From Calditrichia bacterium (lineage in GTDB: Bacteria; Calditrichota; Calditrichia; JAJRVZ01), in contig CAWCNS010000004.1 of NCBI GenBank assembly GCA_963796965.1, forward strand, positions 672,001-736,000: DNA of 64,000 nt, written 5' to 3'. The notes beneath the pieces are model-generated. The model did no database searches. It saw only the letters and a program-made list of their open reading frames with translations, and was not told where the DNA came from. Of this stretch, positions 22,609 through 33,297 are shown piece by piece. Each line of letters opens with the position of its first letter. Within the stretch, counting starts at the first letter, position 1. A program made the position numbers and the translations under genes.

Positions 22609-23674
22609 TTAGGATTTATTCTCAACAGGTACAGATTCCTTAGCCGAATCTTCCTCAAGTTCAGGTTCTTCATCACCTGGGATCAAACCAAGTTTTTGAC
22701 GTACTTGAATATCCAACTCACCTAATAATTTTTCATCATCCTTTAGGTAGCGCTTAACATTTTCTCGTCCCTGGCCTAACCTGGTCTCACCATAAGAAAA
22801 CCAGGTTCCTGATTTTTGAATTATCTCAAAGTTTACTGCCTGGTCCAAAAGGTCACCTTCCTTGGAAATCCCAAGTGAATACATAATATCAAATTCTGCC
22901 TCCCTAAATGGAGGTGCCATTTTATTCTTAACCACTTTTACTTTTGTTCGGTTCCCAACCACTTCCTGTCCTTCCTTGATTGTAGCGATTCGCCGGATAT
23001 CCATTCTTATCGAGGTATAAAACTTTAGCGCCCTGCCGCCCGTGGTTGTCTCCGGATTACCAAACATGACTCCGATTTTTTCACGGACCTGGTTAATGAA
23101 AATCACACAGGTGTTCGATTTGCTTACAGTTCCGGTGAGCTTTCTTAATGCCTGAGACATTAACCGTGCTTGAAGACCCATATGAGCATCGCCCATTTCA
23201 CCTTCAATCTCTGCTCTGGGAACAAGAGCAGCGACAGAGTCGATCACAATAACATCCATCGCACCGCTTCGCACCAGGGTTTCCACGATTTCTAGAGGCC
23301 TGTTCCCCTGAATCGGGCTGTGAAACAAGTAGGTTAACTGTGTCAACGCCGAGCTTTTTGGCATAGGTTGGATCCAGGGCATGCTCTGCATCAACAAATG
23401 CAGCCAGGCCTCCCGTTTTTTGTGCTTCAGACACAATGTGCAAAGCCAGGGTTGTTTTTCCAGACGATTCAGGTCCGTATATTTCAACGATCCTGCCCCG
23501 TGGAACTCCTCCCACACCTAAGGCTGCATCCAGCGATACGGATCCCGAAGAGATAACATCAACATCTACTTTTATTCGATCTCCCAAACGCATGATAGCG
23601 CCTTTACCAAATTGACGTTCGATTTGCGTCATCGCTACATCGACGGCTTTTGCTTTTTCATCACCTGTGCTCAT
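22609..23674 (-). CDS. recA: Recombinase RecA (one extra base near 23298)
   Basis: [37 protein letters not shown]. Confidence 0.98.
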
Positions 23675-24034
23675 ATATTCTCCTGATTGATTCAATTGCA
23701 TTATTTGTAGAGGCATGTAGAAAAGGGGAGTAACGTGATGAATCAGATCAAATTGATATATGGATCAACCCATCTATAGATTCCCATTTCCCAGTGCTAA
23801 AATTATAGAATAATTTCAAGCAATCTTTTAATTTAAAACAAATTCAATCAAAAATCGATTAAAAGATCGTTGAAAGATTGTTGCTTTTTGAGGAAATATA
23901 ATACAAATGTCATGCCAGAAATCCTACTTTAACGTTCTTGATGCTGGGATCTTGTTTCTCGGATCTAAAGATACCTGCCCCTTGTAGTAATTCGGCAAGG
24001 CGGTGAGGGATTCTCATCTGACTTTAAATTCAAT

Positions 24035-24427
24035 CTATCGAATCAATACGGCTTTATAACCATACTGTAGAATACCACTATGACCTTCACGTTGCGTTAA
24101 TCGGGTGACAAGTTTAATTTTTTGACCTATGGAGACCTCTTCAGGTTTACAATCAACGACTTGGGCAGTTAAACGTGCCCCATCGGAAGTTTCGATTATG
24201 GCAACTGCAAATGGCGTCTGAGTAGCAAAAACATCCGCTGCCACGTGAATAATTGTATAAGTGAGAATTTTTCCTTCAGGTTTCAGAACATAGTCTGAAA
24301 AAGATTGACTCTGACATGCAGGACAAATCAAACGGGGCGGGAAAGCAATATACTCACATTCCTGACATTTACTCGCCTCGAGACGCATGCGTTGTGGTAT
24401 CTCTCTGCTATATTTCGGAACGATCAT
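24035..24427 (-). CDS. DUF35 zinc-ribbon/OB-fold scaffold protein
   Basis: CQEC and CPAC plus OB-fold; overlaps the thiolase stop codon. Confidence 0.9.
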   Translation of the reverse strand: MIVPKYSREIPQRMRLEASKCQECEYIAFPPRLICPACQSQSFSDYVLKPEGKILTYTIIHVAADVFATQTPFAVAIIETSDGARLTAQVVDCKPEEVSIGQKIKLVTRLTQREGHSGILQYGYKAVLIR

Positions 24428-25575
24428 GATATACCCTCCATTATATGAAGAACACAGCTGCCGCCTGAACCTCCCATGTTTTGGGCAAGTCCAAGTCGGG
24501 CACCTTCTACCTGACGTTCTCCTGCATTACCACGCAATTGTTCAAATACCTCAATAATCTGAGCAACACCGGTTGCGCCTACCGGGTGACCCTTAGATTT
24601 TAAACCGCCACTTGTATTTATGGGAATTTTGCCTCCTATCCGTGTTTCGCCGTTCTGTACGGCAGGCCCGGATTTTCCTCGTTCATATAAACCTAGTTCT
24701 TCCATTACTACAAGTTCTGCAATAGTAAAACAGTCATGAACTTCTATCAGATCAAGCTCGTCGGGTTTAATACCGGAATCATTAAATGCTATCTCCGCTG
24801 CTTTTTTGACAGCGGGTAAAGAAGCAATATTTGCTCTGCTATGAAGTGCTATATGATCCGTAGCCTGTGCTGAGGCACGAATTTTTACGACTGTCTTCCC
24901 GCTTTTTTTGGCAACCTCTTCTGAACAAACAATAACAGCGGCAGCGCCATCGGTTACAGGTGAGCAATCAAGTAAATGAAGTGGATCAGCAACCATAGTT
25001 GAGTTTAATACCGACTCGGTGGTGATTTTCGTTCGAAATTGGGCATTAGGATTTTTTAGACCATTTTCATGATTTTTAACTGCTACATCTGCCAATTGTT
25101 CGGCGGTTGTACCATACTGATGCATGTGTGATCTGGCAATCATAGCATACAATCCGGGAAACGTGACACCATGAAAGGCTTCATATTCCTGATCTGAAGC
25201 AGTTGCTAAAGCATAGGTTACATCAGAACCATCATTCATTTTTTCTACGCCACCTGCCAGTACAACTTCGCTGGCGCCAGAGGCGATTTCAAAAAAGGCT
25301 TGCCGCACGGCTAATCCGCCTGAGGCACAGGCAGATTCAACATGTGTTGCGGGAATCCCATCTGTTCCAAGGTAATCAGATAGAAGGGAGGCAATGTGCT
25401 CCTGGCCCACGAATAAACCCGGCGACATCGCCCCAATATACATACTCTGAACACGGTCTATACCAGCATCCTTAATTGCTTTTATTGCTGCCTCAACAAA
25501 GAGATCACGAAGAGACATATTCCATATTTCACCGAAAGCAGTCATCCCAGTCCCGATGATATAAACATCCCTCAT
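24424..25575 (-). CDS. Archaeal/SCP2-type acetyl-CoA acetyltransferase (thiolase)
   Basis: [28 protein letters not shown]. Confidence 0.92.
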   Translation of the reverse strand: MRDVYIIGTGMTAFGEIWNMSLRDLFVEAAIKAIKDAGIDRVQSMYIGAMSPGLFVGQEHIASLLSDYLGTDGIPATHVESACASGGLAVRQAFFEIASGASEVVLAGGVEKMNDGSDVTYALATASDQEYEAFHGVTFPGLYAMIARSHMHQYGTTAEQLADVAVKNHENGLKNPNAQFRTKITTESVLNSTMVADPLHLLDCSPVTDGAAAVIVCSEEVAKKSGKTVVKIRASAQATDHIALHSRANIASLPAVKKAAEIAFNDSGIKPDELDLIEVHDCFTIAELVVMEELGLYERGKSGPAVQNGETRIGGKIPINTSGGLKSKGHPVGATGVAQIIEVFEQLRGNAGERQVEGARLGLAQNMGGSGGSCVLHIMEGIS

Positions 25576-25684
25576 GCTTTTTCTCCTGGTAAAGTAAATA
25601 GTTAAATTATTTCTGGCCTATCCTACTTGAGCCTTAAACCAAAATTTGAAAACAGGGATTGTTTCAAATATTTTGTTTAAGGGC

Positions 25685-26732
25685 TCAATCATTCATGTGA
25701 ATCTTATTGTAATGTTTGAGATACTGACCATAGGTTAGATAAATTCTATGGCCATCCAACATATCTTTAAATAAAGGCGCCCTGTTTCGTACCTTTTCAA
25801 TTTCATCAGTAACTTTGAAAATAAAAGCATCACTTCCTGCACCGGACCCAAATGATACTAATAAAATTCGATCACCAGATTTTGACACATCCAGCGTAGC
25901 AGCCAGGCCAGTGGGTGAAGAACCGGAATATGTATTTCCCATCCAGGGAACGACCCATCCAGGTTCCATTTGCTCTTTGTGAAAACCCAAAGTTTTTCCA
26001 GCTCTTTGAGGAAATTTTCCATTTGGCATATGAAAAACAGCATGTGTGAAATCCGAAGCTTTTAAACCTGATTCGTCGAGTATACCATTAGCCTGCATTT
26101 AAAACATGTCTAAAATAAGCAGGTTCACCCGTAAAGCGACCACCGTGTTTGGGATATTTACGACCTTCCCGGCGCCAAAAATCTCCTGTATCTGAGGTAT
26201 AAGAATACGTGTTTTCTATCTCTGCGATAACCGCCTTGTCACCCATAATAAAGGCTGACCCACCGGCAGAAGCCGTATATTCCAGGGCATCTCCAGGTGC
26301 CCCCTGGGAAGTATCTGCGCCGATTCCCATAGCATATTTCATATGTCCTGCTTTTATATGACTATAAGCTACAAACATCGCTTCGGTACCAGCTTTACAG
26401 GCAAATTCATAGTCGGCAACATGAACCTCAGGTCCGATACCAAGTGCATCAATCAGAACAGTTCCACTGGGTTTAACAGCATAGGGATGTGATTCTGATC
26501 CAATGTAGACAGCGCCGATATCTAATGGATTGATTTGGGCACGTGCAAGAGCATATCTGGCAGCTTGAATAGAGATTGTAATCGTGTCCTCATCCATTCC
26601 GGGCACTGTCTTTTCATTAACTAACAAACCCTTTTTTATTGTCTGAGGATCCATGCCCCACTGCCTGGCAATTTCTTCAACTTTGATTCTATAGGAAGGT
26701 ATATAAGATCCGTACCCGACAATTCCGATCAT
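25685..26732 (-). CDS. Archaeal-type hydroxymethylglutaryl-CoA synthase (one extra base near 26092)
   Basis: [44 protein letters not shown]. Confidence 0.9.
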
Positions 26733-27161
26733 ATGATCTCCTTTCCAGATAAATTTAAATTATTGCCCTAGAGTAGTTTATTAGTCAAAACGTTTCAGAA
26801 CCTATATATTTTTATTACAAACAGATAAAATCACTAGTGCTAAGGCAAAATAAAGATAATAGTTTATAAATCAAATAGTTTTTGTCAGATTTCCCTGAAT
26901 TCATCTTGCGGTATATGATCTGGTTTTGCTCGCAGAAGTGAGAAAGTGTAATTATATAGTTTTAGAAGGGTAGGAAAGGATGAATCCCTTATTTATCCGG
27001 GTATTAGACAGAATTATTGAAATTAAATAGAAAATCTCTTGACAAAGAGTATGGATCATCGCTACTTTTAGACATCACGTTTATTCTTTGGTTGTTTGTC
27101 AGCGAACTTTTCGGAAATAAACTTTCCTGAGGTCGGGCAAAATTCGGGGAAGACTTAAATT

Positions 27162-27569
27162 ATGTCAGATAAAGTTACTGAGAGAAAAAGCGAGCGCCGC
27201 TTTACAGAGCGTTATAAAATACCGGACGGGTTGGTATACTTCAGGAAATTAAAAAAAATAAACTGGCTAAATAATTTTCAAGGCCCCTGTGTCTTAAATG
27301 ATATTGCCAGCAATAGTGCCAGTTTTGAGTATCCACATGACCTCGGGATAAAAAAACAGGTAGAGGTGAAAATAGTTTCCCCTATATCTCAGAAAGAAAT
27401 ATCTGTTAAGGGTCAAATTGCACGCAAAAACACCAAAACAGAAAGTGGAGAATTTGTTTACGTCGTCCAGTTTAGCCCTTTTGGAAAGGGATATCAGTAT
27501 AATTCCTTGATGAGCAGAGAAAAAATGCGGGCATTTATAAAAACGGTTCAAACAAAAAATGACGCTTAA
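27162..27569 (+). CDS. Stand-alone PilZ-like protein
   Basis: RFTER (RxxxR) followed by a beta-rich domain; second motif degenerate (DIASNS). Confidence 0.6.
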   Translation: MSDKVTERKSERRFTERYKIPDGLVYFRKLKKINWLNNFQGPCVLNDIASNSASFEYPHDLGIKKQVEVKIVSPISQKEISVKGQIARKNTKTESGEFVYVVQFSPFGKGYQYNSLMSREKMRAFIKTVQTKNDA

Positions 27570-27612
27570 ATCCAGTATTACTCAAGTTATACCTCTGAAA
27601 TTTCCAGTTGAC

Positions 27613-28428
27613 TTAATAGATGTACTCAGCAAGGAAATTTAATATACCCTCATAGTATTTTTTCCCTGATACTAAAAAACCATCATTATGTGAGCCGGAT
27701 ATTTCCAAAAACTGTTTAGGTTCCTTTGCCATCTGGTAATTTTTTTGTCCATGTGAAAAGGGGATGATCTCATCATTCGGACTATGTATAAATAGAATTG
27801 GAGAGGATATATTTTGTAACCGCTGGATTGTTGGATAATTATATCTGGCAAGCAAGCGGATCGGAAATAAGGGATAAAGACTTGCTCCTAAATCGGGGAG
27901 AGATGTAAAACTTGACTCGAGAATCAAGGCACCTGGATCCACCTCAGCAGCTAAGGCGGATGCAATGCCACTACCTAGCGAGCGGCCAAATATTACAATC
28001 TGCTGTGGTTGGAATCCTTCTTTGTTTAGCAAATACTCCCATGCGGCCTCTACATCACGGTAAGTTCCTGATTCATCCGGACTGCCCGCACTCTTTCCAA
28101 ACCCCCGGTAATCAAATATCAAAACATTGAGAGAAAGGGCATTAAAAAGTTTAATTGATTCTAACCTCTGCGATATATTTCCTGCATTACCATGACAAAA
28201 AAGCAAAACAGCTTTTGCTGAATCGGCAGGAATATACCAGCCATGTATTTTTATCTTATCTCTTGTTTCCAGGAAAATGTCTGTGTAATTCAATCCTACA
28301 TCACGGGGAGTAAATGTTACATTTTTATCGGGGAAGAATATCAAATGTTTCTGAAAAAGAAAAAGTAATATACAAATGGACAGATATACAATTAATAATA
28401 AACCAATTGTTGTTAATAGTAATTTCAT
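27613..28428 (-). CDS. Alpha/beta hydrolase (ABHD17/BEM46-like)
   Basis: HGNAGN, DYRGFG, GRSLG, DEII, GSHND. Confidence 0.9.
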   Translation of the reverse strand: MKLLLTTIGLLLIVYLSICILLFLFQKHLIFFPDKNVTFTPRDVGLNYTDIFLETRDKIKIHGWYIPADSAKAVLLFCHGNAGNISQRLESIKLFNALSLNVLIFDYRGFGKSAGSPDESGTYRDVEAAWEYLLNKEGFQPQQIVIFGRSLGSGIASALAAEVDPGALILESSFTSLPDLGASLYPLFPIRLLARYNYPTIQRLQNISSPILFIHSPNDEIIPFSHGQKNYQMAKEPKQFLEISGSHNDGFLVSGKKYYEGILNFLAEYIY

Positions 28429-28644
28429 AATTATGCAGTTATTAAAGAGAGGGGAGAAGGGTGACAAAATTAATTAGGATGAATATATTTACTCTCCGAC
28501 TATATCATAATCCACCCGGTAACATCAACAAGTGCTGTCCTCTACCTGAAGTGATACTATTTGAACCTTTATAAAAAATACAGAGACGTGGCAGAGCACG
28601 TCTCCGTATTATTATTAAGATTAAATTGTGAGATTGAATTCAAA

Positions 28645-29460
28645 TTAATAAGGATTCATTCCCGCTCCTTGCTTCTCCCAAGGGTTTTCCTCTTTTTCAA
28701 ATCCGGAGGGTAGTTCAAATAATGCGCCGTCAAGATCTTTTTTTGTAATCTCTTTCATCTCACCCTGACTGTTCTGCTGGCCATCCATAAAATCAACCCA
28801 CTTTACAGGTATACCACTAATACCCTGTTCTTTTTCCCATTCCTCTGAACCTATTTTCATTATTTCCATGGCATCCTGCGATATGACATCAAAGAATTCG
28901 GCCATCTTTTTAAATCCGGATACGTCCCCACGTTTGATGCCGATTTGATCCCAGGAAGCTGTCCACATTTCACTCGTTTTTTTGCCTTCTTTAAATCCTT
29001 CATACTGATCGCAGTTCCATTTTCCAACTTTTTGTCCGCTTGCTTTCTTTTTATATTCGGTTTTAACAACTTTTGCATTGCCCATCCCGGAAGGCATCAT
29101 TTGTTCCATCATTTTTCGTTGTTCCTCGGGTAGATTTTTCATCTGTTCTTTCATCATTTCCTGCATTTTGTCCATTTGTACTTTTAATTTTTTCATATCC
29201 TCCTGCGTCATTTCTGCATAGGATTTTTTGTCCATGTTTACAACCCAGAATACATTTTTATCACCACGAAAAATGATAACCTGTTTTTCATCACTACCAC
29301 TCATTTCCATACGTAGGCGATCGTTATCGACATACATGGTGGTTGTCATGTCAACATTCATCTGATTGGATTTCTCAGTACTTTTGATTATGATTCCTGC
29401 ATGTATGGAACCAGCAGAAAAAATAATACAGAGTGTAAGAAATGTTAATGCAATTTTCAT
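28645..29460 (-). CDS. Secreted DUF4412-like protein
   Basis: Signal peptide, KVGKWNCDQY, LFELPSGF. Confidence 0.7.
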   Translation of the reverse strand: MKIALTFLTLCIIFSAGSIHAGIIIKSTEKSNQMNVDMTTTMYVDNDRLRMEMSGSDEKQVIIFRGDKNVFWVVNMDKKSYAEMTQEDMKKLKVQMDKMQEMMKEQMKNLPEEQRKMMEQMMPSGMGNAKVVKTEYKKKASGQKVGKWNCDQYEGFKEGKKTSEMWTASWDQIGIKRGDVSGFKKMAEFFDVISQDAMEIMKIGSEEWEKEQGISGIPVKWVDFMDGQQNSQGEMKEITKKDLDGALFELPSGFEKEENPWEKQGAGMNPY

Positions 29461-29541
29461 AATTTACTCCTTTATGTTAGGATTACTTGATTAATGTTCG
29501 CCAATCATGCTTGAACTTCTCATGTAGAGAGATTTAAAACT

Positions 29542-29699
29542 AAACACAAAGTGCACCAAGGAGGCACAAAGTACACAAAGTCAATTTTCTTAATAAAAAC
29601 TTTGTGATCTTAGTGCCTTTGAAATCTTGGAGGATTTCATCCCGATAAGTCTAAGTGATGTAGACATATATATCGGGGCTTGGTGACCATTGTGGTAAA
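29542..29699. repeat. Gene-less copy of the GxxExxY terminal-repeat element, right arm interrupted by a double-hairpin insert
   Basis: Left arm matches 32231-32269 at 33/39 positions (hand alignment); insert at about 29620-29678. Confidence 0.8.
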
Positions 29700-29769
29700 A
29701 CAAAATTTGCAATTAATGACGTTCCTATGATATGATAAAACAATTCTTCAATGAGAAAGGATAATTCCC

Positions 29770-30376
29770 TCATTTCTCGACTATAAAACGACGTCCCAGT
29801 GTAGTATATTCCACACCAGCAAGTTTCCCAATTGGATTTAGAAGGGTTGTGTTAATATTGCCATTCTCGTAAATAGTGTCCTCAATGTGATAAACTAATA
29901 TTTCTCCGATGACCAAAGTGCCGGATCCGGGAGAGCCATCACCAATATCAACGGTTTGATATAATCTACATTCAAGGCTAATCGGTGATTCCATTACACG
30001 CGGCGGTTTAACTATCTGAGATGCAATCGCTGTCAATCCGGTTTCCTCGAATTCATCCACATCCGGTGGATAATCCTTTGCAGCACCATGCATCTGCCTC
30101 GCAATATTCTCTGAGACGATATTTATAACAAATTCTCCTGAAAAATCTATATTGGACAAGGTATCTTTTTTGGTATTGGGACCCGTTTTGCGGGCAGAGG
30201 AAAAACAAATTGTCGCAGGATTACTCGTCACCCCCATAAAAAATGAGAACGGAGCCAGATTTGGGATTCCATCTTCTGAAATAGTTGAAATAAAGGCAAT
30301 TGGTCTTGGAAGAATTGCTCCCACTAGGTAGCTTATAATTCTCTTTTATACTTAGTTCTTTCGCATTCAGAATCAT
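29770..30376 (-). CDS. Flavin reductase-like FMN-binding protein (frameshift near 30328)
   Basis: PRPIAFIST, NLAPFSFF, KDTLSNI, SLECRL. Confidence 0.88.
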
Positions 30377-30743
30377 CAATTTCTCTCATTATTGAATTAG
30401 GATTTATTATTCCAATCGTGTGTAGGATACAAGTTAAGCATAAAGTCTATTAAAAAATAATAACTATAAATTGCCGTTATATCCCTTGCACCTCATTTCT
30501 CGTTATGAGCAATCCCTCTGGGAATAGGACTTCTTTTTAGAAGTATCCTTTGTGGTTAGGAAGTGAAAAAGTATAGGAAAAGATTTAGACATCCGGATAT
30601 AAATGTAAACAGGAAGAAAGTTTGATTCAAGAAATTATCCATGACAAACGGTCAAATAATGAAAAGCGGATATCACCGATTAATTGGGCCTGGGGATAAT
30701 TAACCGGAGGGAGAAGTGATATCCGCCTAAGAAGCCACTTATA

Positions 30744-31962
30744 TCATTTGACCAATACCATTCTCCTTACTTCCTCGAATTCGCCGGCTTTCAAGTGGTA
30801 GTAATAGATGCCGTTTGTAAACCCGATCGCATCCCATGTCACCCGATGTTGGCCAGCATTCTGTTTTTCTGAAATAAGTGTTACCATCTTTTGACCTAAA
30901 GCGTTATAAATGTTTAATTCCACATAATTGATTTCGGGTAACTGATAACTGATAACTGTAGACGGATTAAAGGGGTTCGGAGAGTTCTGATACAATTTGA
31001 AGGATTCCAACTTTGTTTCTTCAGTTTTTACGGGAGGTGGATCGATCGTATCTATCGGGTATGTTGGCGATGCCGAGAGAGGTTGGTGAACGGTGCGAAC
31101 ACCGTTAACCGAAACATCAATTAACCGATACCAGTATGTAAGTCCATTAAAAACAGAGGTGTCGGTGAAGTGATAAGTTCTTTTTACCGAACTATTTCCA
31201 GCGCCGATTAATGCCTCCACAGATTCATAAGAAGCGATCTGAATAAAATCCTTCTCTTCGTAGAAGGACCGCTCCAGTATAAAACCCTGATTATCCAGCT
31301 CGGCCTCGGTTGTCCATGATATTTCTACCCTGCAATCATAACCGGCAACTTTAAAGGAAGAAAGGCTGTACAGGAAGACTAATATCACCGTTGGATTGAT
31401 TCGCATTTAATATACCAGGGGTAGGGGCAACATAGTCCCAGGCTTTTTGATACAATTCATAGGAACTATCCGGTGCTGATAAGCTGTTATCAGAATTTTG
31501 ATCAGATCCAATATTACGCCAGGGTGGATCCCCACCGGTAAGATCACCACTACCATTCCATGTAAGTGCCTGAATCCTCGTCTCCTGATCATTGAGGAGT
31601 AAAATCCCATCGGGTCCATTCTGTAAAGATGGTGTGCCCCATTCAAAATCATAATTTTGAACCTGGTGGCCGGTTCTTTTAAGAACGATAAAACCAATCT
31701 TTTGGCCACCAAGATCCGTTATGCCATCATCGGGAAAAGTGGTGCCAGGGGGAAAACTATAGGTAAAAACCATACTTCCTCCACTGCCATTATAGTGGAT
31801 GATCTGCCAATTTGAAATGTCAAATCCGGCAAGCCCTATTAGTTCGATAAATTCACCATCATCTGTACTGGCATCATTTGCCCTTATTTCATTGATGTAT
31901 ACATTTTGAGATCGTGCACTCAAAAAGAACATCAGTAAGATAAAAAGTGTCATTTTCGTCAT
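30744..31962 (-). CDS. Secreted lamin-tail-domain protein with C-terminal FlgD/Por-type sorting domain (frameshift near 31365)
   Basis: YINEI, EFIEL, LQNGPDG, SLPV; QNSPNPFNPST...MVLVK. Confidence 0.8.
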
Positions 31963-32230
31963 TATCCAATCTCCTGTTCTGGTTTGAAATTATAGGAGCA
32001 GCATGAAATTGAGGAATAGATATCTATATGATCAATCTCTCATGTTTATTTATATTCTAAAATCATGCCAAAATATTCTGGTAGCAGATTTGCAGGCTGT
32101 AAATAAGCGGAAGCCCTTATTGCAGGCCTATCCGAAAGAAATCTGAAACAAGGTTGCATCCTTTTAAATCATATTAATATATGATTGAACACACATGTGC
32201 GGTTTTTCGATTAAAATCTGTTAACAAATC

Positions 32231-32692
32231 AAACACAAAGGGCACAAAGTATGCGCAAAGAACACAAAGACTCTGATCTGATAATTGAAAATAAACTGGC
32301 AAATAAAATTATTGGGATTGCAATTCAGATTCATCAAAAGTTAGGTCCAGGACTTTTAGAGTCGGTATACCACGACTGTCTATTCCAAAAGATTAAAAAG
32401 TCGGGTTTAAAAGTGGAAAAAGAAAAATTATTGCCAATAAAATTTGAGGAGTTAAAATTTGATAGTGGGTATCGCATTGATCTTTTAGTTGAAGATAAAC
32501 TTATCATTGAATTGAAATGCGTTGATAAATTATGTGATATACATTTGGCCCAACTATTAACCTATCTAAGACTAGGAAATTATAAGTTAGGTCTTCTAAT
32601 CAATTTTAATGTTCTACTCCTGAAAAATGGTATAAAAAGAATAATTAATTAATCTTTGTGAACTTTGAGCATACTTTGTGTTCTTGGTGTTT
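32231..32692 (+). mobile_element. Putative GxxExxY cassette bounded by 40-bp terminal inverted repeats
   Basis: 32231-32270 matches the reverse complement of 32653-32692 at 34/40; arms built of CACAAAG units spaced 9-11-9; mobility itself is inferred. Confidence 0.6.
32251..32652 (+). CDS. GxxExxY protein (PD-(D/E)XK nuclease superfamily)
   Basis: LGPGLLESVY, RIDLLVE, IIELK, QLLTYL, GLLINF. Confidence 0.95.
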   Translation: MRKEHKDSDLIIENKLANKIIGIAIQIHQKLGPGLLESVYHDCLFQKIKKSGLKVEKEKLLPIKFEELKFDSGYRIDLLVEDKLIIELKCVDKLCDIHLAQLLTYLRLGNYKLGLLINFNVLLLKNGIKRIIN

Positions 32693-32717
32693 AAATGTAT
32701 TATGAAGGGTTCATACA

Positions 32718-33089
32718 ATGAAAACAAACAGACAGAAATTGGGACAAAAGGGAGAAGACATGGCTGTTGCTTTTCTTCAAAGTAAGGGATTCAAGATCAT
32801 TAAACGAAATTTTGAGGCGGGCCAAAATGAAATCGATATTATTACTTCGGATAATGTTGATCTGGTTTTCGTAGAAGTGAAAAGTATACGCAGCCCATCC
32901 TATGGATCGGCTGAATTTCGAATTCCCCTAAAGAAACAGCGTTCTATTATCAAAGCAGCCTATGCTTACCTGAATACGTATAAGATACCTTCGGATATGG
33001 GTGTGAGATTTGATGTCATTTGTGTTAACCTTGAAAATTATCCAGCAGGCGTGGCCCATTATAAAGGTGCTTTTTGGCAGGAACGCTGA
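32718..33089 (+). CDS. YraN/UPF0102 family putative endonuclease
   Basis: GQKGED, EIDII, FVEVK, RFDVI. Confidence 0.92.
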   Translation: MKTNRQKLGQKGEDMAVAFLQSKGFKIIKRNFEAGQNEIDIITSDNVDLVFVEVKSIRSPSYGSAEFRIPLKKQRSIIKAAYAYLNTYKIPSDMGVRFDVICVNLENYPAGVAHYKGAFWQER

Positions 33090-33297
33090 TAAAAAGAGTG
33101 GATAAGGTAATAAGGAATAAGGTATAAGGGTGGGTGGGTAATTGATTTGCTATATTTACGTCAAGTATTGGCCGTTCGCGAACGGCCATATCAATCATGG
33201 ATGTACCTTAGTTGTGTCGCAATCATGAATATATTTTGAATTATTTCGCAATTTTTCCTACCTTCAAAATTAACCATTTAATCATACCAACAATTCT

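Noticed and set aside
17571..23674. Programmed frameshifting or an alternative genetic code in alaS and recA
   Set aside because: Breaks are frame changes without slippery motifs or in-frame stops and occur throughout the window
24035..26732. phlACB phloroglucinol acetyltransferase cluster
   Set aside because: The synthase retains the catalytic FACKAG Cys and no type III PKS (phlD) is nearby
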